Virus record (IMG/VR): IMGVR_UViG_2565956717_000009
Location: 1 to 37,482 of that record
Reading direction: 5' to 3' (one strand)
Length of the DNA stretch: 37,482 nucleotides
From: a virus
Lineage: Duplodnaviria > Heunggongvirae > Uroviricota > Caudoviricetes
Under the pieces are notes generated by a model. The model was given only the letters and a program-made list of their open reading frames with translations, was not told where the DNA came from and ran no database searches. The position numbers were made by a program, and so were the translations under genes. Shown in pieces: positions 29,043-37,281 of the stretch (the first letter of the stretch is position 1; each line of letters opens with the position of its first letter).

Positions 29043-29106
29043 TATCACCGCTAGAGGTAAAATAGTCAACACGCACGGTGTTAGATATTTATCCCTTGCG
29101 GTGATA
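29043..29106. promoter_or_regulatory. Operators OR1-OR2-OR3 with divergent PR and PRM (lambda-type)
   Basis: OR1 29043-29059 tatcaccgctagaggta, OR2 29067-29083 caacacgcacggtgtta, OR3 29090-29106 tatcccttgcggtgata; PR -35 TTGACT and -10 GATAAT on the minus strand. Confidence 0.8.
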
Positions 29107-29113
29107 GATTTAA

Positions 29114-29830
<717 letters not shown>

Positions 29831-29837
29831 CACGTAA

Positions 29838-30275
29838 ATGATTAAAGAACGTATTTCTTATATCATTCCGATTGCGATGGATGAAGGCAACCCAGTAACT
29901 CCAGTTCTTATCTATGAAATGGATAAAGACTCCCATGAAGTGGATCTATCATTTGGCGCTTTTTTTATCGGCCTTAAGGCTACAAAAAAATATTCCATAG
30001 GCATTGAGGTTTTCAATGCTCAAGAAATACCGATACCAATTGACACAAAACTGTACTCCAACCATAAGTTTTTTACGGTAGCAGAAGCCAACGATGGAGA
30101 AACCATCGTATCAACTTCTATGAGAATTAACTTCCCAAGGGTGAAAATTATCAAGCCTGGGATATTCGAAGTTAGAGCATCACTGGTTAATCCTGATAAA
30201 GGCGAAGTAATTGATGTAAAAAGTTCGTTTTTTGACGTGAAGATAACAGGATCGGTTCGCGATGAGTTTAGATAA
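29838..30275 (+). CDS. Hypothetical protein, first gene of the cI-downstream (rex-position) cassette
   Basis: 145 aa, starts 7 nt after the cI stop; visibly A+T-rich; no recognised motif. Confidence 0.6.
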   Translation: MIKERISYIIPIAMDEGNPVTPVLIYEMDKDSHEVDLSFGAFFIGLKATKKYSIGIEVFNAQEIPIPIDTKLYSNHKFFTVAEANDGETIVSTSMRINFPRVKIIKPGIFEVRASLVNPDKGEVIDVKSSFFDVKITGSVRDEFR

Positions 30276-30633
30276 CAAGGTTGCTCAGCTTCGTCCAAAT
30301 CAAAACATATCTCGCCCAATTGGACACTATTCCACTGATGATGCATACTCACGGCATGCTGGAGGAAACGGCGGAGGTAACATGCTTGAGGCTAGAGTTG
30401 CAAAGCTAGAGTCTGATGTTGAATACATCAAGCGCGATCTCGCTGAAGTAAAGTCAGATATAAAATCTGTAGATTCTCGTCTGTCAGGTATTGAGACAAG
30501 CATTAGCTCAGCAAAAATCACCATCAAGGCATCTGCGGTCGTTGTCAGTTTCGTGTTCGCATTTTGCGCCTACATTTTTGGAAGTTATGTTTCCAAAATC
30601 CTTGATGCCTTAAACGGACTCGTTCTTAAGTAA
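30262..30633 (+). CDS. XhlA-like tail-anchored membrane protein (coiled coil + C-terminal TM), second gene of the rex-position cassette
   Basis: 123 aa; Gly-rich N-terminus, heptad-like LEARVAKLESDVEYIKRDLAEVKSDIKSVDSRL, C-terminal hydrophobic ASAVVVSFVFAFCAYIFGSYV; 14-nt overlap with upstream gene. Confidence 0.6.
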   Translation: MSLDNKVAQLRPNQNISRPIGHYSTDDAYSRHAGGNGGGNMLEARVAKLESDVEYIKRDLAEVKSDIKSVDSRLSGIETSISSAKITIKASAVVVSFVFAFCAYIFGSYVSKILDALNGLVLK

Positions 30634-30638
30634 CACAC

Positions 30639-30666
30639 AACCCGGCCTCAGCGCCGGGTTTTCTTT
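30639..30666 (+). terminator. t_imm-like rho-independent terminator ending the cI operon
   Basis: aacccggc-ctcagc-gccgggtt (8-bp stem) followed by ttctttg, 6 nt after the stop at 30633. Confidence 0.65.
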
Positions 30667-30823
30667 GCCTCACGATCCCCTTCACCCAATAACACATAAC
30701 CAATTGTATTTATTTGAAAATTAATAGATACAACTCACTAAACATCGCAATTCAGATCTCTCGATCACCTCCCAAGCCACACACCCCTGCAAAAAAATAA
30801 ATCTATATAAAAAACATACAGAT

Positions 30824-30886
30824 AACCATCTGCGGTGATAAATTATCTCTGGCGGTGTTGACATAAATACCACTGGCGGTGATACT
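30824..30886 (+). promoter_or_regulatory. Operators OL3-OL2-OL1 with PL (lambda-type)
   Basis: aaccatctgcggtgata (30824-30840), tatctctggcggtgttg (30844-30860), taccactggcggtgata (30868-30884); -35 TTGACA 30858-30863, -10 GATACT 30881-30886. Confidence 0.8.
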
Positions 30887-30954
30887 AAACACATCAGCAG
30901 GACGCACTACTCACCAGGGCGGTGAATATACAACGATTCGAATATGAATCTACG

Positions 30955-30969
30955 GCGCTGACAAAGCGC
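30955..30969 (+). promoter_or_regulatory. nutL boxB (P22 type)
   Basis: GCGCTGACAAAGCGC matches recalled P22 boxB; lies in the PL leader upstream of N. Confidence 0.5.
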
Positions 30970-31134
30970 AATAACCAAAGTGAACTTTGGGGTGTGGTGA
31001 AGGGTTCATGGACGGGAATATGTCGCACGTAAAGCGGCGAGGCCTGCGGGACTATTGCCGAATTGAAGTAGGCCGAAACAGGTCGAAATGGGTCTCCCAC
31101 CTACCACACCACCAAAGTTCATCAGGAGGTCTAT

Positions 31135-31518
31135 ATGACACGCAGAACTCAGTTCAAAGGCAATTCACGTTCTCGTCGTCGTGAGCGTTTAAAGGCAAAG
31201 GCATTAGCTAACGGCGTACTGGCCCGCGAAGAAGCAATAAGTTCAGAAGTATTACACCGCCCTACTCTAAGCAGAGCGCAGATTCAGGCTAAAGGTACTC
31301 ACGAAACGCCTGAGCGCATAGAAGACGCTAAGCCAATTAAGTTCATGGCACAGGACGTGATCTGGCAACAGAAAGAATACAGACGCAATCTGGAGAGAGC
31401 GGCCATTGTGTACGCGAATGAGTTTGGACATAAGCAACCAGAAACTGGTGTATGTCTTCCAAATGTAGCTCTTTACGCAGCAGGCTACCGGAAATCAAAA
31501 CAACTGACGGCGAGGTAA
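31135..31518 (+). CDS. N: Antiterminator N (P22 gp24-like)
   Basis: 127 aa; Arg-rich N-terminal motif GNSRSRRRERLKAKA; C-terminus ...LPNVALYAAGYRKSKQLTAR resembles recalled P22 gp24; GGAGG RBS. Confidence 0.75.
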   Translation: MTRRTQFKGNSRSRRRERLKAKALANGVLAREEAISSEVLHRPTLSRAQIQAKGTHETPERIEDAKPIKFMAQDVIWQQKEYRRNLERAAIVYANEFGHKQPETGVCLPNVALYAAGYRKSKQLTAR

Positions 31519-31520
31519 TT

Positions 31521-31892
31521 ATGGGTCAGGAAGAAAAATATGAGCTTAAAAAGCTCATTGGAGAAGACGCCATAGAAGAAATTGCAGCATTAACAACAGC
31601 TATAAAGAATATTAGGTATGCGCTAAATACGCTTATCTCCTCATGCGACAAAAATAGCAGGGAATTTTTGATACTTGGCGCAGCTCTAGGAATAGTTGAT
31701 GCGGCAACGCTTCACCTAATTACTCATGACGATATTCTTATTGAGCCGTATGAAACATTACTGCTTGTCAGGAAAAAAATGGCTGATGCCGCAGCAAATG
31801 GAGACCTTCAACTTTACATCGACTTAAGGAAAGTATTAAGGCGAATGGTCAGAACTGAAGGAGATATCCCCCCTGACAAAATAAGGGGGTGA
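31521..31892 (+). CDS. Hypothetical protein directly after N (sieB/ral position)
   Basis: 123 aa from ATG 31521, 2 nt after the N stop; A+T-rich; no recognised motif. Confidence 0.55.
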   Translation: MGQEEKYELKKLIGEDAIEEIAALTTAIKNIRYALNTLISSCDKNSREFLILGAALGIVDAATLHLITHDDILIEPYETLLLVRKKMADAAANGDLQLYIDLRKVLRRMVRTEGDIPPDKIRG

Positions 31893-31984
31893 GAGGATTT
31901 TACTATTTTTCTCGCTGTAGGGGTACACGAGAACCACCGAGCCTGATGTGGTTAAAAGACAGGCATACTAATAAACACTGCACT

Positions 31985-32012
31985 GTGTATTCATTCCAAC
32001 GAGTGAATACAC
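31985..32012 (+). other. Long imperfect inverted repeat (RNA hairpin) in the 228-bp noncoding stretch
   Basis: gtgtattca...tgaatacac, extendable to about 13 bp with one mismatch. Confidence 0.4.
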
Positions 32013-32073
32013 GGAGCAATGTCGCTCGTAACTAAACAGGAGCCGACTTGTTCTGATTATTGGAAATCTTCTT

Positions 32074-32099
32074 TGCCCTCCAGTGTGAGGGCGATTTTT
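32074..32099 (+). terminator. tL1-like rho-independent terminator
   Basis: gccctc-cagtgt-gagggc followed by gatttttta. Confidence 0.55.
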
Positions 32100-32120
32100 T
32101 ATCTATGAGGATATGAATAG

Positions 32121-32489
32121 ATGTCAAACATCAAAAAATACATCATTGATTACGACTGGAAAGCATCAATAGAAATTGAAATTGACCATGACGTAATGAC
32201 AGAGGAAAAACTTCACCAGATTAATAATTTCTGGTCAGACTCTGAATACCGACTCAATAAACACGGCTCTGTATTAAATGCTGTATTAATCATGCTGGCG
32301 CAACATGCTCTGCTTATAGCAATTTCAAGCGACTTAAATGCATATGGTGTTGTGTGTGAGTTCGACTGGAATGATGGAAATGGTCAGGAAGGATGGCCTC
32401 CAATGGATGGTAGTGAAGGAATAAGAATTACCGATATCGATACATCAGGAATATTTGATTCAGATGATATGACTATCAAAGCCGCCTGA
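32121..32489 (+). CDS. Ea10-like protein (by size and position; recollection)
   Basis: 122 aa between the N-proximal gene and cIII, as for lambda ea10. Confidence 0.45.
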   Translation: MSNIKKYIIDYDWKASIEIEIDHDVMTEEKLHQINNFWSDSEYRLNKHGSVLNAVLIMLAQHALLIAISSDLNAYGVVCEFDWNDGNGQEGWPPMDGSEGIRITDIDTSGIFDSDDMTIKAA

Positions 32490-32564
32490 GCGCGGCTTTA
32501 TCGCATACCAATGATGCTTCACCAGAGGCATTTTCGTTATGCAATCAAACAGAAGGAGTTACCC

Positions 32565-32699
32565 ATGATGCACTTTCAGCTCGCGGGTAGCGGCGTCATG
32601 TCCGCTTTCTACCCGCACGAATCTGAATTATCACGCCGAGTTAAACAATTAATCAGAGCAGCAAAGAAACAACTGGAGGCCTTATGCGCAATGAAATAG
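32565..32699 (+). CDS. cIII: CIII-like protein (FtsH inhibitor)
   Basis: 44 aa from ATG 32565 with AAGGAG RBS at 6-nt spacing; amphipathic ESELSRRVKQLIRAAKKQLEAL resembles the CIII core helix. Confidence 0.55.
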   Translation: MMHFQLAGSGVMSAFYPHESELSRRVKQLIRAAKKQLEALCAMK

Positions 32700-32836
32700 C
32701 CATTAATCACCAGATGCTTCGTGCTGCACAAAACAAAGCAGTAATAGCCAGATTTATTGGTGATTCCAAAATGTGGCTTGAAGCAAATAAAGCGATGAAA
32801 TCAGCTATCAACCTTCCATGGTATCGCAGGAAATGA
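32684..32836 (+). CDS. kil: Kil-like small protein
   Basis: 50 aa, below the ORF-track cutoff; GGAGG RBS; ...IARFIGDSKMW... resembles recalled lambda Kil; overlaps the cIII end. Confidence 0.45.
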   Translation: MRNEIAINHQMLRAAQNKAVIARFIGDSKMWLEANKAMKSAINLPWYRRK

Positions 32837-32940
32837 GTTTTACAGATAACTGGTCAGACGAAGAGTTCATTCGTCAGATGAACAAAATGCTCAATCAGCA
32901 CAAAGAACAGGAGAAAGATGATGATTCTGACTCTGAATGA
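32833..32940 (+). CDS. Small acidic hypothetical protein, ATGA-coupled to the Kil-like gene
   Basis: 35 aa (MSFTDNWSDEEFIRQMNKMLNQHKEQEKDDDSDSE); could be non-coding. Confidence 0.25.
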   Translation: MSFTDNWSDEEFIRQMNKMLNQHKEQEKDDDSDSE

Positions 32941-33229
32941 TAAGCGTGAAATATCGCAAATAATCGCAAGTTTTACTGATGAAGATTACGAACGAATCAA
33001 CAGTGAAGTTGATCGCCTCTGCAAACGTTGCGACCCAATAAGCGAAATGCTTCGCTCATATAAACCAGATGAACACACTAAGGACGCTATCGACTGGCTG
33101 GAAGATGCTGACTGTAACTATCAGGAAAAAGCCGCTGAATGGTTCTGGGATGCAATAACCGAAAGAGTTAAGGCTGAATATGCCTTCGCAATATTCAAAC
33201 GCAGACACATTTATGGAGAAGCAGCATGA
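32918..33229 (+). CDS. Hypothetical protein immediately upstream of recT
   Basis: 103 aa; AGGAGA RBS; 4-nt overlap with the recT start. Confidence 0.5.
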   Translation: MMILTLNDKREISQIIASFTDEDYERINSEVDRLCKRCDPISEMLRSYKPDEHTKDAIDWLEDADCNYQEKAAEWFWDAITERVKAEYAFAIFKRRHIYGEAA

Positions 33230-34128
33230 GCAATATCGTTGAATTCGTTAAACAGCAGGAGCAGTTATTCTGCGGAGCATTGACTGAACAGACGGTGACA
33301 TGGGCTAAGGAAAGCCAGTTTGCAATTCAGTATTTCCAGAAAAACGATTACCTGGCTAAAACAGCACTGGCAAACCCAACCAGCGCACAGAACGCCATCA
33401 TCAATGTTGCGGCGATCGGCATCACCTTAAACCCGGCCAGCAAACTTGCTTATCTAGTTCCGCGCGACGGCATGGTTTGCCTTGATATCAGCTATATGGG
33501 ATTACTTCACCTTGCGCAATCGACAGGTTCTATTAAGTGGGGGCAATGCAAACTGGTGTACTCAAACGACACTTATGAATCAAATGGCCTTGATTCAGCA
33601 CCAACCCACAAATACAACGCATTTGGTGAGCGAGGCTCTATTGTTGGTGGTTATTGCACGGTTAAAACAGCAGATGGTGACTACCTGACTGAAGAAATGA
33701 GTCTGGCAGAAATTAAAGCAGTGGAAGCAACGAGCAAGGCAAAGAATGGACCGTGGAAAACATTCTGGGAAGAGATGGCGCGTAAAACAATAGTTAAACG
33801 CGCCAGCAAATACTGGCCTAAAGCCCAGCGACTGGATAATGCCATTCACCTGCTTAACGAAGATGAAGGTATGCATCAGGAACCAGTTATGCCGCACAAA
33901 TCAGAGGAAGATATCCACGAAGATGAACGGAAACGCCAGCAGGAAATAACGGATAAAGCACAACTTCTTTGTGATGAAATGGCCCAGGCTGAAAACATGG
34001 ATGATTTGAAGCGATATTTTGCAGAAGCATATCGCCTGACATCTGGAATGAAATTGCAGCAGAACGTACAAGCCATTTACATAGAATGCAAAGCGAAACT
34101 GGAGGTTGCCAGTGAGCAAACTATATGA
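33226..34128 (+). CDS. recT: RecT-family single-strand annealing recombinase
   Basis: 300 aa; ...KNGPWKTFWEEMARKTIVKRASKYWP... matches recalled E. coli RecT (NGPWVTHWEEMAKKTAIRRLFKYLP). Confidence 0.9.
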   Translation: MSNIVEFVKQQEQLFCGALTEQTVTWAKESQFAIQYFQKNDYLAKTALANPTSAQNAIINVAAIGITLNPASKLAYLVPRDGMVCLDISYMGLLHLAQSTGSIKWGQCKLVYSNDTYESNGLDSAPTHKYNAFGERGSIVGGYCTVKTADGDYLTEEMSLAEIKAVEATSKAKNGPWKTFWEEMARKTIVKRASKYWPKAQRLDNAIHLLNEDEGMHQEPVMPHKSEEDIHEDERKRQQEITDKAQLLCDEMAQAENMDDLKRYFAEAYRLTSGMKLQQNVQAIYIECKAKLEVASEQTI

Positions 34129-34594
34129 AATAGCCAATGAATACGCAAAATTGATGGATTCAGATTTAGAGCCAGAGATGATTGCTGACACAATAGAAGG
34201 CATGGAAGGAGAATTTACCGATAAAATAGAGCAACTTCTCGCCATTATTAAAAATGAATCTGGTTATGCTGAACGCCTCAAGGACGAGGCAAAGTCACTG
34301 AATGAACGAGCCGCAGTAATTCAAAATAAGATTGACAGCATTATGGCGTATATAGCGTCATCGCTTGAAATGGTTGGCAAGAAAAAGATTCGAGCAGGTA
34401 TCCACCAGGTAACAATCCGCAAACCGTCAGAAACTGTAGAAATCATCGACTCAAGCGCCCTTCCTCAAGAATACGTTGAGTTTGAAACGACAATTAAAGC
34501 CGACAAACTGGCAATCAAACACCAACTAAAAGCAGGAATAAATATCCCCGGCGCTCAACTCAAAGTTGGGAAACCTTCACTTCTTATCAAATAA
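34112..34594 (+). CDS. Gp157-family-like protein (recollection), GTG start
   Basis: About 160 aa, coiled-coil N-terminus; GGAGG RBS 6 nt before GTG 34112; overlaps the recT 3' end. Confidence 0.45.
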   Translation: MSKLYEIANEYAKLMDSDLEPEMIADTIEGMEGEFTDKIEQLLAIIKNESGYAERLKDEAKSLNERAAVIQNKIDSIMAYIASSLEMVGKKKIRAGIHQVTIRKPSETVEIIDSSALPQEYVEFETTIKADKLAIKHQLKAGINIPGAQLKVGKPSLLIK

Positions 34595-34605
34595 CGGTAT
34601 CGCCT

Positions 34606-34920
34606 ATGAAAAAGACTCCATGGGAGAAATGGGAAGTCGATTTCTTGCGCGAAGTAGCGGCGACAATGCCAGTTGAAGTTATCGCTGAAAAACTGGAAAG
34701 GACTGAAAAAGCAGTAATGGCGAAAGCAACAAGGATTGGCGCTGACATTGTTAGCCGACTTCGTGGAAGACGATGGACAAGAGCCGAAGTATCACTTTTC
34801 GGTAAGTTCTCCGCAGAAGAAATAGCAATTGCAACCTGCCGCTCAATTTATTCAGTAAGAGCTATGCGATACAAGCTAAAAAAACTCGATGAAGAAAGAG
34901 CAGGCATACGAATAAATTAA
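34606..34920 (+). CDS. Hypothetical protein
   Basis: 104 aa; basic; possible HTH-like segment (WTRAEVSLFGKFSAEEIAIAT); family unknown. Confidence 0.45.
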   Translation: MKKTPWEKWEVDFLREVAATMPVEVIAEKLERTEKAVMAKATRIGADIVSRLRGRRWTRAEVSLFGKFSAEEIAIATCRSIYSVRAMRYKLKKLDEERAGIRIN

Positions 34921-34936
34921 CATGGAGTAATTAACA

Positions 34937-35218
34937 ATGAAGCTAAACATCGACCTCGGCAAATACGTTATTACTGGAACAAAACGCGACCTGATTCTTA
35001 ATGAAAGAGGAATTATCAAAGAAGGTGAGAATGCAGGGAAAGAAACACTAAGCCGTATCGGTTATTACAGCAAGTTTGAGCATCTGGTCAAAGAGTTATG
35101 CAACCGTGAAATCCTGTTATCTCAGGCGCAGACGCTACAGGATATTCAGCAGCATATCGAAACTTTAGGTATGTCACTTAGCATGGCTATTGACCAGTTC
35201 GTGGAGAGTAAACCATGA
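34937..35218 (+). CDS. Hypothetical protein
   Basis: 93 aa ORF in the early-left operon. Confidence 0.45.
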   Translation: MKLNIDLGKYVITGTKRDLILNERGIIKEGENAGKETLSRIGYYSKFEHLVKELCNREILLSQAQTLQDIQQHIETLGMSLSMAIDQFVESKP

Positions 35219-35382
35219 GAGGACTTGCATACAATCCCGGCATTCTTCCGGCAGAAATGATTATTCGCCAACGCGTAAAGCCAATGCCATCGAGAGAGGA
35301 ATTGCTTAAAAGAAAGAGTTTCGGTTCTGTTAATGACAACAAATATCTGAATGCTATGTGGCGCAAAGGAGGCAACCAGTGA
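35215..35382 (+). CDS. Small hypothetical protein
   Basis: 55 aa, ATGA-coupled to the upstream gene; below the ORF-track cutoff. Confidence 0.3.
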   Translation: MRGLAYNPGILPAEMIIRQRVKPMPSREELLKRKSFGSVNDNKYLNAMWRKGGNQ

Positions 35383-35633
35383 GTAATTCAGCACGACTAC
35401 AGCTTGGTTTTTCACCGCTATCAAAAACTATCATGCTGGCAAAAATGCGCGATGTTGAAGGTGGACGTATGCGCGTTGGCAATGATCCAGGTCGTGATGT
35501 TACCAATGAGGCTGCTCAATTGGTGTGGCGACTGGTCATGGCTGAAGGTGGTGAGATCGCGCGGGAGCTGGATGATGGTTCTCGCATGGTGTTGAAGGCA
35601 GAAAAGCAGGAGGCAACCAGTGAGCCAGATTGA
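35379..35633 (+). CDS. Hypothetical protein bounded by a duplicated 16-bp junction sequence
   Basis: GTG start 6 nt after AAGGAGG; the RBS/start motif GGAGGCAACCAGTGAG recurs at 35609-35624. Confidence 0.4.
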   Translation: MSNSARLQLGFSPLSKTIMLAKMRDVEGGRMRVGNDPGRDVTNEAAQLVWRLVMAEGGEIARELDDGSRMVLKAEKQEATSEPD

Positions 35634-36064
35634 TTATCAGGCACTGCGTGCTAAGGCAGAAAAAAGCAACGTGTGGCGAGTGGTCGCTCGAATATGGAGA
35701 GGGCCGATTTGATGGTGATGATGCGCTAATTCATCGCGAGGCTGCTGGATATATTCCTATTTGCAGAATTGAAGGAGCGCATCCAGAAAGCGGTTTCGAT
35801 GAAGATTTCCAAATGGAACAGCAGGCCAATGCTGAATTCATCGCCGCAGCCAATCCGGCTACCGTGCTGACACTGCTGGACGAGCTGGAAGCAGCAAAAA
35901 AGCGCATTGCAGAACTGGAAGCACGGGAAATATCGCTCCCAGAACGTAGCAGCATGCTTCATCGAACAGATTTTCACGAGGATTACCAAACGGTAATGGC
36001 ATACAAAGTTTCTGAGGTCATCGCTGCAATCCGCGCCGCTGGCATTCGCATCAAAGGAGAGTGA
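35620..36064 (+). pseudogene. Ea22-like protein with an apparent +1 frameshift at an A6 tract (35660-35665)
   Basis: GTG 35620 opens frame 1 ([15 protein letters not shown]...), which stops at 35710-35712; frame 2 continues (...ATCGEWSLEYGEGRF...MEQQANAEF...IRIKGE) to 36064; removing one A joins them into a single roughly 148-aa protein. Confidence 0.3.
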
Positions 36065-36065
36065 G

Positions 36066-36257
36066 ATGAACGGACAAATCTCAATTGTTCGACCGGGAGC
36101 ATGTGACGATCGCGAGATACGAATGATTATTCGTCTGGCGATGGGGAAAACAATAACAGCTCTCATTACTCCAGAAAATCTCGCATTAGCTTTAACCGGA
36201 AAGTCAGACCTGCCAGTGGAGCTAAAACTGCGAAATGTTGAGATTAAGGTGAAATAG
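36066..36257 (+). CDS. Hypothetical protein
   Basis: 63 aa; AAGGAGA RBS 6 nt upstream. Confidence 0.5.
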   Translation: MNGQISIVRPGACDDREIRMIIRLAMGKTITALITPENLALALTGKSDLPVELKLRNVEIKVK

Positions 36258-36259
36258 CC

Positions 36260-36874
36260 ATGACCACTATTACCAAAGAACGTATTGAATTGTTCATTAA
36301 AGATCCGCTTGAAAACGGGCTTACTCGTGGCGAACAAATGGAACTGGCACGAATTGCACTGGCATCACTGGAACGCGAACAGATTCGCCACGAGCATGCC
36401 AAATGGTCTGACTCCACATTTGGCTGCGTTGGCCCCATTGGTCCGCTGAAACATCTCTCAAAAGAGGCTCTGGAAGCCGCAGCCGAACCTGACGATCTCA
36501 GCGAGTGGGCTGATATGCAGTTCCTGTTGTGGGATGCACAGCGCCGTGCTGGTATCAGTGATGCTGAAATTACCGCTGCTATGGAAGATAAATTGAAGAT
36601 CAACATGAAGCGCCAGTGGCCTGAACCAAAAGATGGTGAGCCTCGCTTGCACATTAAAGAACCCGGCAACTCTCCGGTAACTCCGGATGGTTGGATAAGC
36701 TGTAGTGAGCGAATGCCAAGCGAAGAAGATGTTTTGGTTTATTGCTCAGACACAAAAGAGCAGATGGTAGGGTTTCACAAAGGTAAAGGGTTATTTCAAT
36801 TCTTTTACATGAATGGTGTTGAGGGGGTATGTGAGCCGTCACACTGGATGCCGCTACCAGAGCCTCCACTTTGA
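36260..36874 (+). CDS. DUF550/DUF551-type prophage protein (recollection)
   Basis: 204 aa; C-terminal ...PDGWISCSERMPSEEDVLVYC...HWMPLPEPP resembles DUF551. Confidence 0.5.
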   Translation: MTTITKERIELFIKDPLENGLTRGEQMELARIALASLEREQIRHEHAKWSDSTFGCVGPIGPLKHLSKEALEAAAEPDDLSEWADMQFLLWDAQRRAGISDAEITAAMEDKLKINMKRQWPEPKDGEPRLHIKEPGNSPVTPDGWISCSERMPSEEDVLVYCSDTKEQMVGFHKGKGLFQFFYMNGVEGVCEPSHWMPLPEPPL

Positions 36875-36970
36875 AAGCGAAGCTTATACATATCTTTTAC
36901 ATCAGCAATCTATTGTTAATCTCCAATCAATGTTACGTTGTCATCTCACTCATGCTTTGGAGGTAGTGAT

Positions 36971-37150
36971 ATGTCTTGTCCAAAATGCGGTTCTGGAAAT
37001 ATTGCAAAAGAAAAAACAATGCGTGGATGGTCTGGTGATTATGTGTGCTGCGATTGCGGATACAACGACTCTAAAGACGCATTTGGAGAGCGTGGTAAAA
37101 ACGAGTTTGTTAAAATTAATAAAGAACGCGAAGGCAACGAAAAAAGCTAA
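36971..37150 (+). CDS. Zinc-ribbon protein
   Basis: 59 aa from ATG 36971 with GGAGG RBS at 7-nt spacing; CPKCG...CCDCG pairs. Confidence 0.5.
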   Translation: MSCPKCGSGNIAKEKTMRGWSGDYVCCDCGYNDSKDAFGERGKNEFVKINKEREGNEKS

Positions 37151-37213
37151 TTTATTTATTCATATATTAAAACAATGTAACCAATATTCGAATTGAAGAA
37201 CTGAAAGAACACC

Positions 37214-37236
37214 AAGCCGCCTGATGGCGGTTTTTT
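37214..37236 (+). terminator. Rho-independent terminator
   Basis: gccgcc-tgat-ggcgg followed by tttttt. Confidence 0.55.
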
Positions 37237-37281
37237 ATTGCCTGATTTGCAGGTTCGATTCCCTATTCGGAGATAGCACTC

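Noticed and set aside
37245-37262. Possible intact tRNA gene
   Set aside because: Only a T-arm-like motif is present; no acceptor or anticodon stems can be built from the flanking sequence, so it was reported as a fragment in a finding, not as a tRNA feature.
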